DNA from: the human T2T-CHM13v2.0 reference genome, Homo sapiens
Length of the DNA: 64,000 bases
Assembly: GCF_009914755.1 (NCBI RefSeq)
Contig: NC_060936.1
Reading direction: 5' to 3' (one strand)
In this document: piece by piece, positions 50,031 through 60,925 of the stretch
Numbering within the stretch: the stretch's first letter is position 1
Layout of the letters: every line of letters starts with the position of its first letter
Translations under genes and position numbers: made by a program
The notes under the pieces: generated by a model
What the model was told of the DNA's origin: nothing
Database searches by the model: none
Seen by the model: only the letters and a program-made list of their open reading frames with translations

Positions 50031-51259
50031 CAAAAAAAACAAGGCATCAGTATTGTTGAGTATTAGCTTGTACCTGGTTCGGAGGCTAAGTAAGTATTTA
50101 CCTTCCAGTTTGGGGCTGACGGGGCGGGGGCAGCGCGAAACGAAAATTGCGTCTCTCTTCCTCTCTCTTTCTCCTCACAAATATTTGGGGGTCACGGGTT
50201 CCAAGGCCTAGTCCGGGAGGTACCCCTGCCCCCTTCGCCATCCCTGGAACTTGCAGAAGTTGCCCCACGCCCCACACTTCGCTCCCCTTCTCCAGCCCAG
50301 CCAGCCCAGATTGGATTCCCCCACCCCCGCGCCCCCTCTGCGCCCTGAAGCTGCGTCAGCGCGGTTCTCCCGGCTCCTGGAGCCGGCCCCGGCTTCTTTT
50401 TGTCATACACGGGGCTGGGGCCCAGCCGGGCCTTTCTCATGGAGAGAGCTAGTGGAGACCGCGCGGCCTGGGTAGTTTTCCCCGCCCGGCCGCCGAGCCC
50501 AGGCCCAGGCCCAGGGTGGGGAGGCGGGGGAGCAGGAGGGGTGCCATTTGGCCTGGTCCCGAACTCCAGAGTTTCAGGCCTGAGTGCGCTGCTCACGGGG
50601 CTCTGAGGGAGATGTGGACAGGGGGAGATTCAGGGTGGACGGGTCTTCCCGCAGACAGCTCGGAGGTGGCACTCACCACGTCTCTCCTTTCCTCGCTGCA
50701 CCTTCCAGATTCCAGGTCAGCCTATGGGGCACTGTGGTGAGTGGGTCGTACGGCTGAGGCGGGGGACACCAGCGACTATGAGAGCGCTGTTTGTATTCAC
50801 GCCGTGCGGGCTGGGTGTGCAAGTTCGTCCCCTCATTGGGCGCAGGAGAAGCGGCGCACGTATGTTCCGTGCTCGGCAGGGCGCCCAGAGTGTGAGGAGA
50901 GAGAGTGTGTGTGTGTTAAGGGGGAGGGGGGATGTTGGCAGGTGTGCGTGAGGAGGGGGTGTGTGGGTCTGAGTAGGAGAAGGGACCAGGCCTCCTTTCC
51001 CCTGGGGCCAGCGTGGCCACCAGGGATCCTAGTTGGGGAAGCCGGGAATGGGCAACCAGGATTTGCCTTTCGCTTCTGGAAAGGGGGCTGAGGGAGTAGG
51101 GCCTGGGACCAAGGGCTGGAGCTGGAGGGGTTTGTGCCAGCACTTGGCTGTGAATGTTTGTTTGGGTGTGTTTCCTGAGCTTGTTAGTGTATACTCGCTG
51201 TTTGAGAATTCCATTTTTGCATCTGTTTATTGTGTTAGTACCATCAATCCTGTGAGTAA

Positions 51260-51760
51260 ATTTCTGCGTGTGCGTTTTCGTGTGTGCAGATTCGTGTGTT
51301 TGTAATTGTGTATGGTCCTGCTAATGTTTGTGTTTATCACTGTGTGCACTTTTATTTTTGTTGGTCTGTGCCTATGTGTGTTTGCTTATTTGAGGATGCA
51401 TAAATGTGAGGGTGTTTTCATGTGTACGTGTGCATTCACGTAAGAGTGTTTGTGTCTGTGTTTGCAAGCATTGATGTGAAGGTGTACTTTGAAAAATCTG
51501 AATGTGTGTGTTTGTGTGTAGGTGAGGGCGTGCATGCTTGAGACCCTGTGTGTATGAGACTGAGCTGGCTTGGTTGTGTTTGTGAGTGCAGAATTCTGAA
51601 GAGCTATGTTTGTGTGCCAGTCGCTGTGTGTGTGTGCCTGCAAATGTGTGTATTTGTGCAAACAGTAGTTTTTTGTTTATGCAACTCCTGTAGGCTTTTG
51701 TGTGTGTGTGTGTATGTGTGTGTGAGGGGGTTATGTTTGTATTTGTGTTTGTGTGTGTAC
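51260..51760. repeat. Degenerate (TG)n-rich tract
   Basis: Read directly. Confidence 0.75.
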
Positions 51761-53529
51761 TCCTAGCTGCGCTTACCTTTGTGGATTCGGAGGTTGAGGG
51801 AGCAGGATTTGTGGATGCCTGTGTTGGGGCTCAGGGATGCCCACTTGTCCCCCTTCCTCTCAGGCCTAGCACTGTCCCCCACAGTATCTAGGGGAGGTGA
51901 TCTTGCTAGGGACAGGGAATTGGTGAGTGCTGGTTACAGAGTGGAGCATTGACTCACCAGCCAGCCCGCTGGAAAAGGAATCCCTAACCCGGGCAGCTTC
52001 TGCTTATTGGTGCTGTTACCTGACCCTCTAGCTTGTCAGGGGACAGGCATCTACAGAGCATAGTAGTAACGCTGGTTAGAGCCCAGCTCAACCAGGAACA
52101 GGCAGGATGAATCTCACTTGGCCTCCTAGGCTCGGCCATGAGAGACTTCAAATGGAACTGCAGTTTCTGGCAGCACTTGGCCCTGCCCGCCTGGGCTTAA
52201 AGGATCCTTGAGCTCTGGCAGGGGCAGAGCTGGAAAGAAATAAGAACCCGAAGAGGAGAGAGGTGCTCAGGCTCCCGGCAGAGGTGAACTGTACTGCCTT
52301 CTCCGTCTTTGTCTCACTAGGCTTTTTCTGTCTCTCCCGAGTTCTCACCATATCTCTTTTCCTTTCTGTCTCCGTTTTTCTCTTATGCTCAGAATCTGTT
52401 CTCTTTCTGTTTCATTTTCTCTTGGTTCTCCCTTGTTTTCTTTCTCCATTTCTCTCTCTCTCTTTTTTTTTGTTCTCCTCCCCTGGCCTCTCTGCTGGAG
52501 CTTCCAAATCCAGCATCCGACTCAAAGCTGAGATGAATGCTCCTTATTTTGCATCGTGCAGATTTTGGGGTGTGGGGGGAAGACTTGCACCCCCACCACG
52601 TGCTTCATGATCATTCAGAACCTCCATCCAACCACTTTCTTCTCTGCTCCAGACTAGGCACACTGAGCCCATTCTCCCCCAAACCCCACAAAATATGCAA
52701 AGTGCCCTGTCTGGTGTGTGTTTCCAGCCCAGGCTTTGCCCACCCATTGGTGGTGGCTGGGGGCCTGTGTACCCAGCTCTATCTGAATCTCAGATCCACT
52801 AGTCCTCATCTCCCAGAGAGCTTCAATGCATAGCCAGGCTCTAACAACCGTGTGGCCAGGCCAGGGAGGTCGTAGGAAGAGGGAAGAAGATGAGAGCAGC
52901 CCTGAGTAGGGATGAGCGTCAGTCACCTGGGGCTGGATGTTTGGTTGCAGGAGATGAGGACTCTGTTTCCAGAAGCCCTGGTCTGATCTTCCATCTCTTG
53001 TAGGGGAACTCACCAATCCTGCCCTTGTTGCAGTCCCCTAGAGTTGCGTTGGGGGCCTCATCCTCAGTACAGCTCAGCCCCAGTTCGAGAACTCCCTGGA
53101 CCTGGGCTCAGCCAAGCTGCCCAGAACCCGCCCGGCCTTCTCTAGCCCACCACCTTCCCCGGTGCACAGCATCGGAAAATGCCAGCAGACCAGCTATTAG
53201 ACTCATCCCGACCTAACAGCGCTAACAGATGGCGACCAGGCAGCGAAATCCCCTCCTATATGTAACTAATAAACCGCTTGTGTCTTAACAGGGTAATGCA
53301 TGGAGACGCAATGTCACTTATACAAGATGTTGATGGAATTTACTATATAAAAATCTTCCTCCTAGAGTAAAGAGTATCAACATTACAACTCGACAGACGG
53401 CGGCGGGATAAGTAAAACAGACAAAAGACAAACAAGATAATAATCTGTTTCCAATCACTTAAGCCCTGTAGAGTTAGTAATATGCGGTTTGCATATTCCC
53501 CCTTGAGTTCGGTAATTAATTACTGGCGA

Positions 53530-54860
53530 GGAGGCGCACACTAGCCTGGGGTGGGAGTTTTGGGGAGCGCTGAGCTGGGGCGTGGGGCATACCTCTCTTG
53601 AGTTCTCCAGCCCGGGACACCGGGCAGCGGCCGGAATGAGGGCGCTTCCAGAGGTTTGGAGCTGACCCACCCGCGGGTTGAAGAGGTCGTTTCAGTTGCA
53701 CCTCCCTATTCCTCACCGGAAAGCCTCCGGCCTGGGAGATTCTGCAGCCAAGCAGGAAAGGGGGTCTTCTCTGGCAGCCAGTGTCTCTCCTGGCTCCTCT
53801 TAAAGCATCCTCTCCTTCGAACGGCCGGGAGTGGCAGCTTTATTGGGAAACGCGCGCTCTGGGGGCCCAGGTGGCTGGGGGGACCGGAGAGGCGCGCGCT
53901 TTGCCCACTTCTCTTGGTGGCATCTTGTGCGACCCAGCCCGTCCTCTCCCGACTTCGATCATTACCGCTCCCACCCCAACACGCATACTTCCCCCACCCC
54001 ACCCCCAAGAGCCAGCGCGGCTTTAACATTAAACAAACGCAGCGAGCGCCTCCGAGCTGCGCTCTCGGCCGGGTCTGCGCGGCGGCGGCGGCGTTACAAA
54101 TTGTAAATTTAAATTGCTCGCCGGATTCATTACCTCCCCTCTTTGATTTCAGCCAGCCGTGAAAAATTATACTGGTGTACCACTGAGAAACTGTTTTGCC
54201 GCAAAGAGCCTACGCCTAATCACTGGCTTTCTCCCTCCGACAAAAGTGTAATTATTTTGTTTGGGGTGTAAATATAGGCCGCGCCTCGCACACACACTCA
54301 GCGTCCCGCAGCGCCGCAGAGCACCGCCCGCCGCCGGAAGGAATCGGGCCCCCGAGTAGGAGCGGGCGTGAAGGCTGAGCCCCGCTGTCTGGAGGCCGGA
54401 GGAGAGCGGCTGGTGTGGCGCTCCGGCGAGACCCAGCGAGCCCAGCCTCTGCCCTCCGCAGTTCGGGTTTGCCCGAGAACCTCGGGACCGCGCGCTCCCA
54501 GGCGGGCCAGAGAGGACGCCGGCGGGGTGCAATGGGTGCTCAGGCCTAGACATCCGGGCAGGGATGCGAGAGGGATGGCGGGGGTGGGAGTGGGGTGGGT
54601 GGGGGGTGGTGGTGAATTTTCTGGGGAACCCTTGGGGGTGGCCGTCTGAGAGCGGCCCGGAGCCCAGGCGGGGAGAGTGTCCTGGCCTGGGTGGAACCCT
54701 GGGAGGCGGGGGCGTCGTGGCTGGTGTGCCCCACTGGCGCTAGGCCGTGGATTGCTTGGTTTCCAGAACATCTCTGCGGGGCGCAGGGCCTTCCTGTCAG
54801 TTGAATCGTGCTCGGCTTAATTAACGGTCTCGTTAACTGGGCAGGCCCGACCCGGGACGT
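53530..54860. promoter_or_regulatory. Upstream CpG island
   Basis: Dense CpG, repeat-free. Confidence 0.75.
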
Positions 54861-54880
54861 TTAATCAAAAAGGCAGGGAA

Positions 54881-55171
54881 TTCCTCCTCCCTCTCTTCTC
54901 TCCTCCTTCCCTCCCTCCCTCCCCCTTCCCTTTCTTTTCCTTTTCGTTTCTTCCTTCCTTCCCTCCCTCCCTCCCTCCCTCCCTTCCTTCCTTCCTTTCT
55001 TCCTTCCTTCCTTCCCTCCCTCCCTTCCTCCCTCCCTCCCTTTCTTCCTTCCCTCCCTCCCTCCCTTCTTCCTTCCTTCCTTCCTTTCTTCCTTCCTTCC
55101 TTCCCTCCCTCCCTCCCTCCCTCCCTTTCTTCCTTCCCTCCCTCCCTCCCTTCTTCCTTCCTTCCTTCCTT
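54881..55171. repeat. Polypyrimidine (TTCC/TCCC)n tract
   Basis: About 290 nt of almost pure pyrimidine. Confidence 0.92.
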
Positions 55172-55501
55172 TGGAGAGCTGCAGGAAGTGGGAATTAAAC
55201 AATGGCATCTCCCACCAAGTTTTCTCCCTGCCCAATCTTCCTCTGCATTCACCCCCCAGCACAGGAAAGCAGGGCTCTGAGTCTAAACTAAACCCCAGTC
55301 CAATATCCGGGCTGGAACTTTAAGGGGGCTTCCTGTGGGACCCGGCAGGGGTGGGCCAACTCTGAGTCAGACTTCTGGGGCTGTAGCATCAGGGGCCCTA
55401 GCTAGTGGAAGTCCACTGGGCCTACTACCCCTCAGGGGACAGGCCCTGGATCTTGGGGGTTGGAGCAGGTGGAGAGGGCAGTGGCTGAGATCCAGCCTCC
55501 A

Positions 55502-55599
55502 AGTGAGTGTGTGCGCTGGTGAGTGCCGGCCAGCTCAGAGGTCTCTCTGGAGTGAGTGTGTGCGCTGGTGAGTGCCAGTCAGCTCAGAGGTCCCTCTGG
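55502..55599. repeat. 49-bp tandem duplication x2
   Basis: agtgagtgtgtgcgctggtgagtgcc...cagctcagaggtc.ctctgg twice, 3 mismatches. Confidence 0.9.
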
Positions 55600-56629
55600 A
55601 GCTGCAGCAGGGCGTGGGTTTCCCTCCTTCCTTACTGCAAGCCCCTCTCCTGGAATGCACCCCTCCCCTAGAGGTCCCACACCTTGGGCTATCTGGCAAG
55701 CAAAAACAGGCTACTTTCTCCTGCTGGGTGCTCCTTCCCCGGGCAAAACACACTTAGTTGCTGGGAGGGTGAAGTCTGGGGCTGATCCCTGGGGGCCAGA
55801 AGGGGGCCTGGGAGAGACAGAAGGAAAGCAGCAAGCCAGTCCTCCAACCTGTAAGGGAAACACTGACTTTTTTTTTGTTCTGAGAGGAAAGCCCTGTACT
55901 TAACACAGAGCGGCCCACTTCCCCATGGGTGAAGCTTGGATTCCAGGCTGCCAGTTGCACTGGAGGAGCAGTGGGTCCCAGCTGGGCACTGAGCACAGTC
56001 AGGCTTCTCTTCATCCTCGCATAGATGGTTGGGCCTGGAGGCTGGCCCTGGACTTTTGGGGTCTCAGGGCAGGCAGTACTTGGTCGTGAGAGGCTGTAGT
56101 CTTGCCCCTCTGGCCCCACTGAGACTATCTGATGGTAGAGGCCATGAACCAGGCCTTGGGAGCTATTTCTAAGAAGACAGCTGCAGCCCCACTCCAGCTC
56201 CTGTGCCCCAAGAAGAAGAGCTTTGCAGGGACCCCATCCTCCAAAATAGAACCCCGGACTTTCTAATGATCTCGCTCCAACCAGCAGAGCCATCTTTCAG
56301 TCTGGGTCTGCTTCCTCTTTCTTTTCTCTTGGCCTTTTTTTCGGTATCAAGAGAACACGCTCTCCCCTTCTCTCTCTCCATTCTCTCCCAGCCTCTCTCC
56401 CGCCCCTCCATATCCCACCTCCTTTTTGTTAGCCTAATACGGGTTACTTTAGAATTGGCCCGACTTTGGCAGCCCCAGCGCTGCGTGTGTGTGTGTGTGC
56501 CTGCGTGTGTGTGTGCGCGTGTGTGTGTGTGTGCCTGCGCGTGTATTTCTCGCTTGCTAATGATTGTGTGTTGATAGAGTGATGCAGTGGCCTCATTAGC
56601 CTTTGTTTAGAAGGTGTTAAAAGGGAAAT

Positions 56630-58330
56630 CTGCATCGGGAAAGCGGCGGTTTACGCAGCAGCCCGGCTGAACACCGCGAGCCAAGGGGCTGGGGGGCGGG
56701 GACGGTGCCCACCCCCCAGGCCCCCACTCTTCCCCCAGGCGCCCACCGCCGCGGACCCCGGGAGGGAGGAGGGGTCCGGGGAAAGCGACCCCAGCTCCTT
56801 CCTCCCAAGGCGAGTATGTTTACCCTGCTGGGCACCCTTCCGCTCCGCGGGGACCACTGCGGGATCGCGCTCTCTAAAACTCCTCTCAACTGCCCCGCAG
56901 TGCGCGGCGGCCTTTTCCGCCAGGTTTTTTGGGGAGGGGGAAGGGGAGGACAGAGTGCTTCCCCTTCGAAAAAATTCCAAGGGATGTTTTTGAGGGTAGG
57001 GGTGAAGTATCTTATTTTAGAGGCAAATACAAATCGGTCCGCAGAAGCCGGGGTCTTCTGGGTGGTTGGTTGGGGGTGAGCTCCCTGTACCCCGATGCCC
57101 ATGTGGGGGCCCCAGGCTTTAGGGAACCTGCGAAAAGGCCTCTTTCTTTCCTCCTATGGTATTCACAGACAGCCACAGGAAGAGCCTTCCGTGCGTGGGC
57201 GGGGGTTGGAGAGGGTTCATTCTTAAACTTTCTTTCCCAGGTCTACCCCTACCCTAGGGCCCCACTTCGGGAACAAATTCCGTGAGAATAAAATCATAGC
57301 TAGGCTGGCCTACTTCCCTAAAGCTTGGTGGAAGCGAGTAACTTTATTGAGTCTGGGCTAGAGGGTGTGTGTGTGTTTGTGTGTGTGTGCGTGCGTGTGT
57401 GGTGTTTGTTTACATATGTGTGTGGGATTTGGCGAGTGAGCTTCGTGCACGGCATTTTTCACCCTCTGGAAGAAGCCAGATTTCGGGCAAGGTAGAACGT
57501 GAGAAGAATCCCTTTTATACTGGCTCCTACGAAAGGAACCAGAAAAAAAAATAATACACATTTTGAGCAGCCTCTGTGGGTGCAGCTTGTTGAACTCGGA
57601 GCCAGACGCTTTTTCTGGCGAAACGGAGAAAAAACGCCGCGGAAACGGTGCGCAGGGTTGGGGAGTATAGGTTCTGATTGCAACATAATTCCGCAAGCTT
57701 TTTTATTTTTTATTTTTCCCGGGACGCGGTTGCGTCGGAAGAAACGCTTTCTAATCTTTCTAGCTCCCTGGATTTGAAGTTGCGGGTCTTGGGGCGAGGC
57801 TTAGCTGGTCTGGGGGTCCTTGCGTGTCCACAGCCCCGGATACGCACCCGCGAAACGTTCGACATCGCCGCTTTTTTGTTTTGTTTTGCTTTGTTTTTTT
57901 AGTCGAAGGCGAGGCGTTGTTTGGGGACAGATCGCGGCCGGCTGGGGCCTCGGGCAGTGACAGTGAAACGAATTCCAAACCCATTCTGAACTCGCCATGG
58001 CGCTCTCCTGCCCTCCAACACCCACCCCAAACACCGTGTAGGCAGAAGCGAGGTTCCCCGTGAAGCCGGGTTAAAATCGGCAGCTGAGATGCGGTGGGAT
58101 GGGATCATAGCCGAGTTCGGAGGATGCGGGGAGAGAATAGAAAAATCTCCATCGTTCTGCTCTGCTCTCTTTCTTTCTCCTCTAAGCAGGTTTGCCGGAG
58201 AAGGCAGGGGTGAGCCACGGTGGCTGCCCGGCTGTGCACCGGCGCCGGAGTTTGGACCAAGACAAAGACAGGAGCTGTCCGCGGTGCTGAATCGGCGGCG
58301 CCGTCGCCGGAGCAAGGGGGCTTCTGTAAC
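56630..58330. promoter_or_regulatory. Upstream CpG-rich region
   Basis: CpG-rich segments around 56630-57070 and 57580-58330. Confidence 0.7.
58271..58291 (-). promoter_or_regulatory. REST/NRSF binding site (RE1/NRSE)
   Basis: Reverse complement TTCAGCACCGCGGACAGCTCC versus consensus TTCAGCACCnCGGACAGCGCC. Confidence 0.88.
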
Positions 58331-59889
58331 CAGCCCTCTGCTCATTTACTCCCCATCCTTCTAGCTCCCCTTCGCTCTGTGACTCTTGCCTTCCCCTGAA
58401 TTTATTTCCCTTTTGGGGGACTCACCTTAGAACCTGCGCCCTGTACACAGGTGTATATACATATATCAAAGAACAAAACGATTGATTGAAAACGGTGTCT
58501 TCTCCTTTCTTCCCAAATAAATGATGTTAGAAAGGTTTATTTTAACTGTACCCTAAAACGGAGAGAAATGGATATTTCTACTCCTAAATAAATGGAAATT
58601 CATGTTAAAAACAATAGAGCTAACCTATAACAAATGTCACGAATCTGCCCTCTGATTTATTCTGATAAAGAGGCAATGGGTTTAGAAATTTTAGTTTTGG
58701 GAATATCATATCCCTGGCATCTTAACTTCTTGGGTAGAAAAACATAAGAGCTGGAAGCGGGGGGCGGGGGGACTGGTGGTGAACAGACTAAGGCACCTGC
58801 CTACGTGAAGAAAGATGGCTTGTGAAGGCCAAAGTGATGGACATGAAGTTGCCTTAACCCTTTGAGACAGAGATGGGATCTGTAAGGATGTCAATCTTCA
58901 GGATCAGTAGTAAGAGGAAAGTGATTCCTTTGGAAAGTTTGGATACAAAAGTTAATCTGGTGCTTAATTTTCTAAATGTTCATGGTGTTACCTAGGCATC
59001 TGGCATGGTGCATAACCAAGTGTGTTCCTCTGTTCAAATTAGTATGCAGTACTTTCCTAAATAAGTTTGTGCAGGGTAGGAAAAAAAATCACATTTTCCC
59101 TCCCTCGTGGGGGAGCACCCATTTTAGTGCACAGAGAGCTGTGTATGTTTCCTCTGGCATCTCATAGATACACTGCCTCCCAGAGAGCCTAGATGCCTTA
59201 GGGCCACATCTTCATTTGGTCTTCTCAGCACCCTCCAGGCCTCCCCACTGCAGGAGTGTCAGCTATGCCCAGTTGTTAGTATTGCCAGTACATATGAAGG
59301 GGGAGGGGTCCTTGTGAGTTCAATGGAATACAATAACTCCGGCTCCCTACCTGAACATTGAAGAGCTAATTTGCCCACAAAGGCAGAGGAACCAGAATTC
59401 TCAAACCCAAAGGATTTGCAATAAAGGGTTGTATCTTTGGGTTAGGGGAGTGACACTCCAGTTTCTCTAGACCCTGACTGTTATCTTTTCACTTAAGCAC
59501 CCTTAGATCTTTGATTAGGACCAATGTGGTCACTCCTTTGGACCATGCACCTCTATCCCTCTCAGAATGCAGAGCCACATGGTACTAGGAGAGACGTCCT
59601 GACCTTGGGTGGGTGAAGGATAAATTTTGTTAAAAATCCATTTATTTAGTGATCACTCTGTACATCTGGTTCCTTAATCTTCATTGCAAATCTAAACATT
59701 AGTAGATATATATCATGGCCCTATTTTATGGGTGAGGAAACTGAGGCCCAGAAATATTTATTAAGTTGCTTATAGGTATGCTGTGAAGGCCTGTGATTCT
59801 AACCCAGATCTCATTGGCTTTGGAGACTGTGCTTACTCTAATAACCCATGATATTAGAGCCACATAGATGGTTACATTGTGGTTACAAT

Positions 59890-59891
<2 letters not shown>

Positions 59892-59936
<45 letters not shown>
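59892..59936. repeat. (TA)n microsatellite
   Basis: About 22 perfect TA units. Confidence 0.95.
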
Positions 59937-59940
<4 letters not shown>

Positions 59941-60114
59941 TTAGCACAGTCCCATTGAATTCCCTGGCCATCATGGCCTGTGGTCTAGACTTCAATTTGC
60001 CTTAAGTCCTAAATTTGAAAGGAAGGAGTGAAAATGGTGAGGACAGAGGCTCTCATTTCATGTGGGTTGGGTGGGCATTTCGCAGAATGGGACCAGCTTA
60101 ATATGAAAATCTCT

Positions 60115-60925
60115 TGGACCCACACTTAGGAGTCATCCTTGATTTCCCCTTTCTCTCCTGCCTCACACACAATCCATCAGCAAGTTCAGTTAGCTCTGCC
60201 TCCAAAATACATTCCAACCCATCTAATTCTCATCTTTTCCTCCATTATCACCCCGGTCGAAGCCACCACCATCTCATCTGTTTTATAGCAGTAGCCTCCT
60301 GACCGGGCTCCCTGATTCTTCTATCCTTGCCCTCATCTACAATCTAGTCTCCACACTATAACTAAACTTATATTTTAAAATCATAAATCAGGTCTTGTCA
60401 TTCTGCTTTTAACCCTCCAACAACTCCCCATTGCACTTAGAATAAAATCCATACTCCTCACCCTGGTCTGCAGGGCTCTTTGTGATTGGTTTTTGCTAGC
60501 CTCGCCCCCACCCCTGCTGTGGCTCACACAGACCTAGTTTTTCTCACCTCAAGACCTTTGCACTAGGCTTCCCCTCTGCCCTCAGATTCTTACACTGTTG
60601 GTTCCCTTTTGTCATTTAGATCTCAGCTCAAATGTCAGCTTTTCAAAGAAACCTCTCCTGACCACCTTGTCTAAAAGCACCCCATCCCCAGTCACTCTCT
60701 AGCCCTCCTCCCTGTCTATTTTCTTTGTAGCTTTTATCAATATCTAGAATTATTCTATTTATATGTTTAGGAGCATATTGTGTATTTCTTAATAAAATAT
60801 CAGTTCCAAGAGGGCAGACAGACTGTGTTTGTCTTGCTCACTGTTGAATCCCCAATGCCTAGCTCAGTACCTGGAACATAGTTGTTCAATACATATTTGT
60901 TGACTGAATGAATAATGAATGAATA
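60115..60925 (+). mobile_element. L2 LINE 3' fragment
   Basis: ttaggagtcatccttgat...ctcaatacatatttgttgactgaatgaa L2 terminus. Confidence 0.75.

Larger units (their letters stand above)
49050..50900. promoter_or_regulatory. Promoter CpG island of LHX5
   Basis: Dense CpG spanning exon 1 and the start region. Confidence 0.85.
49950..58540 (+). ncRNA. LHX5-AS1: Probable divergent spliced lncRNA (LHX5 antisense RNA 1); ends approximate
   Basis: Recalled locus annotation plus sequence: donor AA|GTAAGT at 50090, long pyrimidine tract with AAG/CAG acceptor ending 58189, AATAAA at 58516-58521. Confidence 0.5.

Noticed and set aside
60381-60390. TCATAAATCA PBX-HOX-like motif
   Set aside because: Lies inside an L2 fragment with no supporting motif cluster
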